Shown here one piece after another: positions 1-9,277 of a stretch of DNA of 64,000 bases; position 1 is the first letter of the stretch, and every line of letters begins with the position of its first letter. The notes beneath the pieces were generated by a model. That model worked only from the letters and a program-made list of their open reading frames with translations. It made no database searches and was not told the DNA's origin. Source of the DNA: Rhynchopus sp. YZ270_cl-10 (taxonomy: Eukaryota); the NCBI GenBank assembly GCA_964035575.1, contig OZ037842.1, forward strand, positions 744,001 to 808,000, read 5' to 3'. Position numbers and translations under genes: made by a program.

Positions 1-465
1 ACGCCCCAACCCAGCAAGCATTGTCCCGCTCTGCACACAACCATGAACAACGTTGGTAAATCACCGCTTAGTCTAAATGATGAAACGTAAAAAAATGTCT
101 GTTAGATTGGGCAGATGGGGGGTGAAATATTTGTGGGGCAGGAAGGAAACACAGAGGATGCATGAAGGGTTTGGTTGCAGAGATTGCGGGAAAGCCCAAA
201 ATATTCGCCGAAAGAGCAAAACTGAGGGGAGAGGGGGGAACACAGAGAGTGTGAGTAGTGGGGTGGGGCTTTCGTTTGGCGTTGTGTTTTGATACAAGGG
301 GGTGCTGTTAAAGAGAGTGGGGTTTGTGCATAAGGGGCGTCAACTACGCCACTGTGCTGTCGCACAGCTCACAGACGGGGTGGGGACAGTAACATAATAG
401 AAAGAAACGAAGCAAGACAAGGCTTGCGTGCAGTGACTGCTCATATGTGATGTCAACGTGTCTGC

Positions 466-807
466 TTACTTGGAGACGTACAGGGTGCGGCCACGCTTCT
501 TCAGGGCGTACAGGATGTGCTCCACACGCACCGTCTTCGCAGGGGCGTTCTCACGCACCTCCATCAGCGCGTGGGTGTCCTTCATCACCTGCTCAACGAA
601 GTTCCTCAGGATCTCCCTTGCCTCGTCGTAGACGCTGCTAGCAAGACGCTTGCACCCTCCACGGCGGGCCAGACGGCGGATGCTTCCCTTCGTGATACCA
701 CGGCCCTTGTTCGACTTTGCGCCCTTGCGCTTCTGGCTTCCGCTCGTTTTCTTATCAGCCTTTCCAGAGGCAACCGACTTTCCCTTCGCAGACTTGGACG
801 GACCCAT
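466..807 (-). CDS. H4: Histone H4, divergent (copy 1)
   Basis: RGITKGSIRRLARRGGCKR...YDE...KTV...YALKKRGRTLY H4 fold; same protein as the copy at 6330-6671. Confidence 0.92.
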   Translation of the reverse strand: MGPSKSAKGKSVASGKADKKTSGSQKRKGAKSNKGRGITKGSIRRLARRGGCKRLASSVYDEAREILRNFVEQVMKDTHALMEVRENAPAKTVRVEHILYALKKRGRTLYVSK

Positions 808-1078
808 TGTTGTGTTGTGTGTTGCTTGTTTTTGAATATCTGGTGGGGAGAGATGAAGATTGGTTCAGGGATGGGTTCCGGAACAGGCAAAAACGATAAG
901 TAGTGTTGTTGTTGTTTTTGTGAAGATTATTGTTCTTCGTGTTTGTTTTGTGGTGGGGATCTCCACCCCTCGTTGTGGCCTTGCAACGCAAGGTCACAGA
1001 GGTAAATGTTGCAAGAAAAGGAAAAGACAACAGCTGCACAGTCACGTCAAGTCAGCTTAGTTTTCGACCGCAAGCAAC

Positions 1079-1369
1079 TTACTTCTTCGTGGTCTTGGCC
1101 TTCTTCTTCGTCGACGTTCCCTTCTTCTTTGTTGCGGTTCCCTTCTTCTTCGTGGTGGTCTTCGTGGTGGTTTTCTTTGCCTTCTTGGCCTTCTCCTCCT
1201 TCTTCGCCGCCTTCTTGGCCATGGCGTCCGCCCGCTTCTGCTTCTCAGCCTCCTTCACCTTGTTCACTGCCTCTCTCACAGCGTTCTTCCTCTTCTTTGC
1301 TGCTTCCTTGATCTTCGCAGAGCGCTTCGCATCAGGCTTGGCAATCGCAATCGACTCGAACCTCGGCAT
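1079..1369 (-). CDS. Lys/Ala/Thr-rich 96-aa protein, probable linker-histone (H1)-like without a globular domain (copy 1)
   Basis: MPRFESIAIAK...KKTTTKTTTKKKG; similarity to copy 2 starts just upstream of this ATG; lies inside the histone repeat. Confidence 0.7.
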   Translation of the reverse strand: MPRFESIAIAKPDAKRSAKIKEAAKKRKNAVREAVNKVKEAEKQKRADAMAKKAAKKEEKAKKAKKTTTKTTTKKKGTATKKKGTSTKKKAKTTKK

Positions 1370-2200
1370 TGTAAGTGTTGGTGTTGTGCAAAATTGAAAC
1401 TGTGCATTGACGTGGTGTGACATGAGGTGCAAAGGGGATGGTTTTCTGAATAACTGCGTGTCAGAAAGCAGGAACAATCTCACACACCGTCTCATCGACC
1501 ACATGGATTGACACTAAAATAGAGGGGCAGAGGAGGGGAGATTCATTTAATAAGAACTTTACATCCAAACAACGGCAGGTATTGAAACCTATGATGAGAG
1601 GAGAAAGACTAATTTCGTATACTTTCAAATAGGAAGAGAAAGCACGAAAAAGAGAGAATAAAAAAAGGCAGGAAAGTGACAGACAAGGTCCAGGTGCGCA
1701 AAAGAGCAAAATGTGGAGAAGACAGTGCAACATACGAGAGCAGTGAATGCAAGGCACTTTGTTTTCTCCACAACAACAAGAAACGCTAATAATAAAATCA
1801 CCCACACCAAACACTTACGCCCAAGAAGAGTTCGGGGTGGTCAGAAGAGAACAAGGGTTCATCATCTGACCACATCGATCCACGAGGTCAAAGAGTTCTG
1901 CTGTGGCGACAACCGGCGGGGGCCGGTGTTCTATAAAGCAAAGAGAAAGGGGAAAACAGGAAATGGAGAATTAGGTAATGAAAAGAACAGGGTTATGCTG
2001 GGTGATATTCTATATCCGTGCGAAGGATGCAGCCAGGAAGATTTGTCTTTGTGATAAAACCAAAGAAATGAAGAACACAATACTTTCATACAACGAAGTG
2101 CGAACAGTTCCGTGGTAGGATGACATATGAATTGAGGTTTGCCTCATATGAGGCAGCCACCGTTCATCGAAGAATGATGACGAAGAATAACAGACGGGTC

Positions 2201-3868
2201 CTACTTCCTGCATGACTTCCACCACCTGTTGCCCACGCACTGCAACCCAGATGCACAACACGACTCCCGCCCCATGCACGAACGGTACTCACGGAGCCTG
2301 CTCCTGCACCGTGGCTGTGTCGGTGCCGGTGCTGTATGGGGAGCGGCACCCCCAAGCACACGGCACGACTTCCCGCGACGTGGTGTGCATGCAGGCATGC
2401 ACTTTGCGTAGCGTGAGTGCACCTCGTAGCAAGTGGTGCCCGACACACAGCAGTCTGGCGAGGAGCGGCAGCTGCCCCACTTTTGCACTGGCCGTCTGCA
2501 GCCCGACGGTGAAGGTGCTGTACGTGGTGCTGGTGTTCTCGGTGGGCTCGAGGTTCTCGGGGGGCAACGGGTCCTTGGCGGGCTTGGCGTCCTCACAGGC
2601 GGGCTGGGTGGGCTGCGTGTCGCAGGTGGGCTTGGTGTGCGCACAGGTGGGCTGGACGTTCTTGGGGGGCTGCGTGTCCTTGGCGGGCTTGGTGTCCTGA
2701 CAGGTGGGATCGGGGGGCTGGACGTTCTCGGAGGACTGTCTGTCCTGGCGGGCGGGTTTGACGTTGTTGGCGGGCTTGTAGTCCCCACCACATCCCCCTC
2801 AACACGTACATTGACACGGCACTCAGAGGCAGGGCCGTCGGATGCTGTGAAGGTTGCAGCCAAGACGAATGTGCGTCCTGCATCGTTGCGTGTCGGTGTG
2901 TAGCGCAGGGCTGCGTAGCCTGTGTCGGTGAGGGTTGTACCGGAGCGTGTCACGAACTGTGTGTCGGGCGCGTTTGTGTTTGGGTACGTGACACGCATGG
3001 AGCGTGATGCGGTGTAGAGTGCGTTGAAGTCGACACTGAAGTCCTCACCCACAGGGATCACGAGTGTGGTGCTCTCGCTCTGTGAGGCAATGCAGCGGGG
3101 TGCACTGAACCGTGTCGAGCATTTGTTGTACATGAACTCAATCGCAGCCACGTCGCCTGCACTCAGCCCGTTGCGCTGGCCAATGGGCTGTGGCGAGATG
3201 ATTGTTGGCTGACGTCCGATTCTGAAGCCGTTAGGCCCATAGTGCATGATCGACCCGTAGTCGTACTTGCCCAGGTCACGTCCACTGGCACCGTTCTTTC
3301 TGAAATTGTTTTGCAAGCCCTCAACCACCTGTGACATGTCGACTGTAACGTAGTTGTCTCTGTCCTTCCGCGACTGCTCGTGCGAAAGACCCAGGGAGTG
3401 GCCGATCTCGTGAATCGTCGATCCCGTTGAGCACCCGCTGGCAAGGTTGATGCTGTTGACACCTGCTCCGCGACTGCCAATGGGTGAACTGCACCCATTT
3501 CCATTTTGGAAACGGATGTACGGACGTGGGCACGACGAGTCCGAAGAACACTGGTTGAAACGGAAGCACGTCTTCGCCTCCCAATCCCGCACCGCGCTTG
3601 CAATACGTGAATCAGAGGACCTGAGTGACGATGCGACAGCGTAGTTCACAACCTCCCCCACAGGGAACAGCTGCGACGCACGTGACAGCGGTGTGGCCCC
3701 AAGCACGTTCCCAGCACGGTCAGTCTCAATGGGCACCTGGATGTCACCTTCGACAATGCTGAAGTCGTAATCCCAATCGGCACGTCCACCACTCGCAGAC
3801 ACAGCAGCACACATGCTCAGGACTACCAAGGGTGCCGTCTGACACGACATGCTGTGCTGACTGTACAT
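2201..3868 (-). CDS. Secreted astacin (M12A) metalloprotease with Pro/Thr-rich linker and two C-terminal Cys-rich CBM1-like modules
   Basis: HEIGHSLGLSHEQSRKDRD zinc motif, SIMHY Met-turn, hydrophobic N-terminus, RTPSPP repeats, KWGSC...CCVSGTTC...YAKC and SC...CCASGLQC..NRWWKSC; start is ATG 3868 or 3850. Confidence 0.9.
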   Translation of the reverse strand: MYSQHSMSCQTAPLVVLSMCAAVSASGGRADWDYDFSIVEGDIQVPIETDRAGNVLGATPLSRASQLFPVGEVVNYAVASSLRSSDSRIASAVRDWEAKTCFRFNQCSSDSSCPRPYIRFQNGNGCSSPIGSRGAGVNSINLASGCSTGSTIHEIGHSLGLSHEQSRKDRDNYVTVDMSQVVEGLQNNFRKNGASGRDLGKYDYGSIMHYGPNGFRIGRQPTIISPQPIGQRNGLSAGDVAAIEFMYNKCSTRFSAPRCIASQSESTTLVIPVGEDFSVDFNALYTASRSMRVTYPNTNAPDTQFVTRSGTTLTDTGYAALRYTPTRNDAGRTFVLAATFTASDGPASECRVNVRVEGDVVGTTSPPTTSNPPARTDSPPRTSSPPIPPVRTPSPPRTRSPPRTSSPPVRTPSPPATRSPPSPPVRTPSPPRTRCPPRTSSPPRTPAPRTAPSPSGCRRPVQKWGSCRSSPDCCVSGTTCYEVHSRYAKCMPACTPRRGKSCRVLGGAAPHTAPAPTQPRCRSRLREYRSCMGRESCCASGLQCVGNRWWKSCRK

Positions 3869-4108
3869 GTGTATGCGGAATCTGTTGTGTGCAGGTGGGT
3901 GGGTGTAACTTGGGGATCTGTATAGACACTGCGTCAAGTGTGTAACCGTTAAAAAAAGGGCTTCGCCAAGAAACGAAGAGGGGAGTGGATACTTTTGAAA
4001 TTCGGCGGATAACACCACCCTTTGCAGGTGCAAAGTGGGGAAGTGGGGAATGGGGAAAAGGATGAAGATCACAAACTGCTACAAACACCTCGTGCAAAAG
4101 AGAACAGC

Positions 4109-4546
4109 TCAAAGGTTGTCTCCACGGATGCGGATCGTGTAGCTCAGGTCCTTCTGGATGAGGGTCTTCTTCTTTCTGTGGAGCTGCAGGATCACGGCAC
4201 CCTCAAACACGCTGATCAGGTACTGCTCGCTTGCCTCCTGCATCGCCTCGAGCGCAGACGCACGGAAACGCATGTCCTGCTTGTGCTTGTCCATCACGTC
4301 ACGCACAAGGCGCTGGAAGGGCGCCTTCTGGATCAGCAGCTGGGTCCCCTTCTGCAGTGCCTTGATCTCACGCATCGCAACAGTTCCGGGCAACCAGCGG
4401 CCAGACTTCTTCACCACCTTCCCCTTCTTGTCCTTCTTCTCAGGGGCCTTGTAGTCCAGCTTCGTCCTCGGCTTCCTCTTCTTCTCGCCGTCCTTTCCAG
4501 TCGACGACTGCGACTTCTTCACAGACTTGGCAGGTGTGCGTGGCAT
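4109..4546 (-). CDS. H3: Histone H3, divergent (copy 1)
   Basis: RWLPGTVAMREI...LLIQKAPFQRLVRD...MRF...MQEASE...KDL...RIRG; same protein as 7370-7807. Confidence 0.92.
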   Translation of the reverse strand: MPRTPAKSVKKSQSSTGKDGEKKRKPRTKLDYKAPEKKDKKGKVVKKSGRWLPGTVAMREIKALQKGTQLLIQKAPFQRLVRDVMDKHKQDMRFRASALEAMQEASEQYLISVFEGAVILQLHRKKKTLIQKDLSYTIRIRGDNL

Positions 4547-4793
4547 CTTATTCTGTTGTCGGGTTGTTGTCTTGGTTATCTGTCGGGTGTGGTGTGGTCG
4601 GGTTTCGTGATGTGTGGGGAGGGGATGACAGAGGCAGGAAAGGAGGGGGAATAGGATCTCATGTTTTGTTATATTCGGTGTGTAGTTACACCCCCTCAGC
4701 ACCCTTACATCCGGTGTGAGGGTACAAAAAAAAAAAAAATCAACAACCACAAGTATTGGAAGCAAACTCAGAAGACAGATGTCAAAAGCGTGC

Positions 4794-5303
4794 TTACTTC
4801 TTCGGGGAGGACTTTGCGGGGGAGCCCTTCGACTTCTTCGGGGAACCCTTCGACTTCTTGCCCTTCTTTCCACCCTTCTTCCCCTTCGACTTCTTCGTCA
4901 CGCTGCCAGAGGACTTCTTCCTGTACTTCTTGTCAGTCGCCTTAAGCGCATCGTGCACTCCTCCACCGACACCTCCACCCGCAATCGTCACGTTCGACAG
5001 AAGGTCGCCAAGGTCCTTGTCCTCACGCACGGCAACGCAGATGTGGCGGGGCTTGATCTGGTGTTGCTTCTTGTTCTTTGCCTTCTTCCCCGACGTCGCT
5101 GCCTTCGCAGACACGTTCAGAAGCTCGCCTGTGCAGTACTGCAGCACAGATGTCAGGAACACTGCGGCAGTGGGGCTCACACGCTTTGCGTACCTTCCCT
5201 TCTTCAGTGCACTGCCCACACGTCCCACAGGGAAGGTCAGACCAGACATCTCAGACAGAGACACAGACGGTCCCCTCTTCACTCCCTTCTTTGCGCCGAC
5301 CAT
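4794..5303 (-). CDS. H2A: Histone H2A with extended SPKK-containing C-tail (copy 1)
   Basis: GLTFPVGRV...YAKRV...IKPRHI..AVRED.DL..LL..VTIAGGGV; tail KGSPKKSKGSPAKSSPKK. Confidence 0.92.
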   Translation of the reverse strand: MVGAKKGVKRGPSVSLSEMSGLTFPVGRVGSALKKGRYAKRVSPTAAVFLTSVLQYCTGELLNVSAKAATSGKKAKNKKQHQIKPRHICVAVREDKDLGDLLSNVTIAGGGVGGGVHDALKATDKKYRKKSSGSVTKKSKGKKGGKKGKKSKGSPKKSKGSPAKSSPKK

Positions 5304-5547
5304 TGTTTGTCTTTTGGGTGTTGGTGTTGAATATATCTGGAAGAGAGGAAGTGGGTGTGACGTGTGGACGGGAGGGTGGCGGTGGGAAGGAGACCAAGAG
5401 TAAAGTTCGCTTTGTTGTTTGTTTTTTGTTTCAGAAAAGACGGCAGCAGTACCACCCACGCCCCCTTGCAGAACAAGAGGGCCGTGTCTTCACCCACAAA
5501 GCTACACAACGCAGCAGGTCACATCACATCACATCACATCACCTGCT

Positions 5548-6018
5548 TCACTTCCTCGGGGAACCCTTCTTCGCCGGGGATCCCTTGCCCTTCTTGCCCT
5601 TCGCCTTCAGGGCCTTCGCGTACTTGGCCACGGCAGCAACTCCCGCAGACAGGGCGTGCGACGCCATCTCGTCGGGGAAGTGCATCTTCACACCCGCCAC
5701 AATGGCACCGCTGCGCAGCGTCTTCTGGCCCGCAAAGTGGTTTGCACGGCCCGCCTCCTCCGCAATGCGCTCAAACAGGTCCACCACGAATGAGTTCACA
5801 ATCCCCATCCCACGCGACGTGATCGCAACAGAGCTCTTCTTCCCCGCCTTCGTCGACGCCTTCACTCCGAAGGTCTTCGTCATCAGCTTGTGCACGTAGG
5901 TCGAGTAGCTCTTGTAGTTCGGCTTCCTGATCCTCTTCCCGTTCTTGTCCAACTTCGGGCCTCTCTTTGCTCCTGTGGACTTCTTTGCTCCCGAGGACTT
6001 CTGTGGCGATGGTGTCAT
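5548..6018 (-). CDS. H2B: Histone H2B with L1 insertion and C-terminal SPxK tail (copy 1)
   Basis: SYSTYVHK...MGIVNSFVVDLFERIAEEA...KTL...HA..G..AVAKY; tail KGKKGKGSPAKKGSPRK. Confidence 0.92.
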   Translation of the reverse strand: MTPSPQKSSGAKKSTGAKRGPKLDKNGKRIRKPNYKSYSTYVHKLMTKTFGVKASTKAGKKSSVAITSRGMGIVNSFVVDLFERIAEEAGRANHFAGQKTLRSGAIVAGVKMHFPDEMASHALSAGVAAVAKYAKALKAKGKKGKGSPAKKGSPRK

Positions 6019-6329
6019 CGTGTTGGGTTTGTTGGTGTTTTACGAAAAGTATCTGGTGGAAGTGGGTGGTGGTGGTGTGTTTAGATGTGTGCGTGCTACG
6101 TTCTTACCATAAAGAGGGGAGGGGGCAGGTTCCGTCTCGAGTTTTGTGTTTTGAGGGAAAAGGTGGCGTCAATTACGCCACTGTGCTGTCGCATGGAAAG
6201 CAAATACATGCAGTCCTGCAACAGCACAGCTGGATGGGGGTGGGTGGGGGAAACAAAGCAAAAAGACAAGGCTCACCAACAGTGACATCACGTCTCTCGT
6301 CTCTCTCATCTCACGAGAAGCGTGTCTGC

Positions 6330-6671
6330 TTACTTGGAGACGTACAGGGTGCGGCCACGCTTCTTCAGGGCGTACAGGATGTGCTCCACACGCACCGTCT
6401 TCGCAGGGGCGTTCTCACGCACCTCCATCAGCGCGTGGGTGTCCTTCATCACCTGCTCAACGAAGTTCCTCAGGATCTCCCTTGCCTCGTCGTAGACGCT
6501 GCTAGCAAGACGCTTGCACCCTCCACGGCGGGCCAGACGGCGGATGCTTCCCTTCGTGATACCACGGCCCTTGTTCGACTTTGCGCCCTTGCGCTTCTGG
6601 CTTCCGCTCGTTTTCTTATCAGCCTTTCCAGAGGCAACCGACTTTCCCTTCGCAGACTTGGACGGACCCAT
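6330..6671 (-). CDS. H4: Histone H4, divergent (copy 2)
   Basis: Same protein as 466-807. Confidence 0.92.
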   Translation of the reverse strand: MGPSKSAKGKSVASGKADKKTSGSQKRKGAKSNKGRGITKGSIRRLARRGGCKRLASSVYDEAREILRNFVEQVMKDTHALMEVRENAPAKTVRVEHILYALKKRGRTLYVSK

Positions 6672-6937
6672 TGTTGTGTTTTTGTCTTAAATATCTGGGA
6701 GGAAGGATGAAGGTGAGCGGGTAAGGCGAAGGATTTATTCAGGCAGGACAATAAGAAAATGATGCTTATATGAAGGTTGTCAGTCTTCGGTGTTGTGGTG
6801 GAAATCTCCACCCCTTGCTGTGTCCTTGCATGCAGGATCACAGAGGTAAATGTTGCCAAAAGTAAAGACAGGACGGGGAACAACCCACACGACTGCAAAA
6901 TCATGCCCCAGCAGATTTGCTTCGGACCGCAAGCAGC

Positions 6938-7195
6938 TTACTTCTTCGTGGTCTTGGCCTTCTTCTTTGTTGCGGTTCCCTTCTTCTTCGTGGTGGTTTT
7001 CTTGGCCTTCTTTGCCTTCTCCTCCTTCTTCGCCGCCTTCTTGTCCCTGGCGTCCGCACGCTTCTGCTTCTCAGCCTCCTTCACCTTGTTCACTGCCTCT
7101 CTCACAGCATTCTTCCTCTTCTTTGCTGCCTCCTTGATCTTCGCAGAGCGCTTCTCATCAGGCTTGGCAATCGCAATCGACTCGAACCTCGGCAT
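6938..7195 (-). CDS. H1-like Lys-rich protein (copy 2, 85 aa)
   Basis: Paralogue of 1079-1369 with a shorter KKTTT tail. Confidence 0.7.
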   Translation of the reverse strand: MPRFESIAIAKPDEKRSAKIKEAAKKRKNAVREAVNKVKEAEKQKRADARDKKAAKKEEKAKKAKKTTTKKKGTATKKKAKTTKK

Positions 7196-7369
7196 TGTAA
7201 GTGTTTCTCGTAAGACAAGGGGAAAAGAGGGAGGGCGGGAATGTGGAGGATACTTTTGAAATTCGGCGGATAACACCACCCTTTGCAGGTGCAAAGTGGG
7301 GAAGTGGGGAATGGGGAAAAGGATGAAGATCACAAACTGCTACAAACACCTCGTGCAAAAGAGAACAGC

Positions 7370-7807
7370 TCAAAGGTTGTCTCCACGGATGCGGATCGTG
7401 TAGCTCAGGTCCTTCTGGATGAGGGTCTTCTTCTTTCTGTGGAGCTGCAGGATCACGGCACCCTCAAACACGCTGATCAGGTACTGCTCGCTTGCCTCCT
7501 GCATCGCCTCGAGCGCAGACGCACGGAAACGCATGTCCTGCTTGTGCTTGTCCATCACGTCACGCACAAGGCGCTGGAAGGGCGCCTTCTGGATCAGCAG
7601 CTGGGTCCCCTTCTGCAGTGCCTTGATCTCACGCATCGCAACAGTTCCGGGCAACCAGCGGCCAGACTTCTTCACCACCTTCCCCTTCTTGTCCTTCTTC
7701 TCAGGGGCCTTGTAGTCCAGCTTCGTCCTCGGCTTCCTCTTCTTCTCGCCGTCCTTTCCAGTCGACGACTGCGACTTCTTCACAGACTTGGCAGGTGTGC
7801 GTGGCAT
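7370..7807 (-). CDS. H3: Histone H3, divergent (copy 2)
   Basis: Same protein as copy 1. Confidence 0.92.
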   Translation of the reverse strand: MPRTPAKSVKKSQSSTGKDGEKKRKPRTKLDYKAPEKKDKKGKVVKKSGRWLPGTVAMREIKALQKGTQLLIQKAPFQRLVRDVMDKHKQDMRFRASALEAMQEASEQYLISVFEGAVILQLHRKKKTLIQKDLSYTIRIRGDNL

Positions 7808-8039
7808 CTTTGTGTCGTGTGGAGTTGTGGTTTAGATTTAGGTAATCTGCAGAGTGGTGTATGTATGGTGTTTGTGTTAGGTGGTTCATGAGTAAAAATG
7901 AAACAGGCCCATTGCTCTTTGTGAAACACATATGCGGTGCGCAGTCACACCACCTCAGCACCTCATGGGTGCGAGGGTACAAAATAAAAAAGGGTACACA
8001 AAACAACAACAACTCAGAAAACAGACAGCGAGAGTGTGC

Positions 8040-8549
8040 TTACTTCTTCGGGGAGGACTTTGCGGGGGAGCCCTTCGACTTCTTCGGGGAACCCTTCGAC
8101 TTCTTGCCCTTCTTTCCACCCTTCTTCCCCTTCGACTTCTTCGTCACGCTGCCAGAGGACTTCTTCCTGTACTTCTTGTCAGTCGCCTTAAGCGCATCGT
8201 GCACTCCTCCACCGACACCTCCACCCGCAATCGTCACGTTCGACAGAAGGTCGCCAAGGTCCTTGTCCTCACGCACGGCAACGCAGATGTGGCGGGGCTT
8301 GATCTGGTGTTGCTTCTTGTTCTTTGCCTTCTTCCCCGACGTCGCTGCCTTCGCAGACACGTTCAGAAGCTCGCCTGTGCAGTACTGCAGCACAGATGTC
8401 AGGAACACTGCGGCAGTGGGGCTCACACGCTTTGCGTACCTTCCCTTCTTCAGTGCACTGCCCACACGTCCCACAGGGAAGGTCAGACCAGACATCTCAG
8501 ACAGAGACACAGACGGTCCCCTCTTCACTCCCTTCTTTGCGCCGACCAT
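8040..8549 (-). CDS. H2A: Histone H2A with SPKK tail (copy 2)
   Basis: Same protein as copy 1. Confidence 0.92.
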   Translation of the reverse strand: MVGAKKGVKRGPSVSLSEMSGLTFPVGRVGSALKKGRYAKRVSPTAAVFLTSVLQYCTGELLNVSAKAATSGKKAKNKKQHQIKPRHICVAVREDKDLGDLLSNVTIAGGGVGGGVHDALKATDKKYRKKSSGSVTKKSKGKKGGKKGKKSKGSPKKSKGSPAKSSPKK

Positions 8550-8806
8550 TGTTTGTCTTTTGGGTGTTGGTGTTAGAATAGCTGCAAGCAAAAAAGGGGG
8601 ATGTGGTTTGGGATGCGCGGTGGTTGGTAGGTTGGTGGAATAACAAACGAAGCCAAACAAGCCCCTATTTTCTTTGTTATTCTGTTGTTTTCACAAAAAG
8701 ACGGCGGCAGTACCACCCACGCCCCGTGTATGAAACAGGGGCCGTGTCTGAACAAGCAATATCAAATCACCAAATCATCAGGTCACATCACATCACATCA
8801 CCTGAT

Positions 8807-9277
8807 TCACTTCCTCGGGGAACCCTTCTTCGCCGGGGATCCCTTGCCCTTCTTGCCCTTCGCCTTCAGGGCCTTCGCGTACTTGGCCACGGCAGCAACT
8901 CCCGCAGACAGGGCGTGCGACGCCATCTCGTCGGGGAAGTGCATCTTCACACCCGCCACAATGGCACCGCTGCGCAGCGTCTTCTGGCCCGCAAAGTGGT
9001 TTGCACGACCCGCCTCCTCCGCAATGCGCTCAAACAGGTCCACCACGAACGAGTTCACAATCCCCATCCCACGCGACGTGATCGCAACAGAGCTCTTCTT
9101 CCCCGCCTTCGTCGACGCCTTCACTCCGAAGGTCTTCGTCATCAGCTTGTGCACGTAGGTCGAGTAGCTCTTGTAGTTCGGCTTCCTGATCCTCTTCCCG
9201 TTCTTGTCCAACTTCGGGCCTCTCTTTGCTCCTGTGGACTTCTTTGCTCCCGAGGACTTCTGTGGCGATGGTGTCAT
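8807..9277 (-). CDS. H2B: Histone H2B with SPxK tail (copy 2)
   Basis: Same protein as copy 1. Confidence 0.92.
   Translation of the reverse strand: MTPSPQKSSGAKKSTGAKRGPKLDKNGKRIRKPNYKSYSTYVHKLMTKTFGVKASTKAGKKSSVAITSRGMGIVNSFVVDLFERIAEEAGRANHFAGQKTLRSGAIVAGVKMHFPDEMASHALSAGVAAVAKYAKALKAKGKKGKGSPAKKGSPRK

Noticed and set aside
3869..4072. N-terminal extension shared by the astacin and H1-like ORF calls (MIFILFPIPH...)
   Set aside because: It is the duplicated H3 3' flank read from a non-ATG start; the real starts are downstream
466..9277. Viral (giant virus) origin of the histone cluster
   Set aside because: Histones are unfused singlets with euglenozoan-like motifs, and no viral genes are nearby
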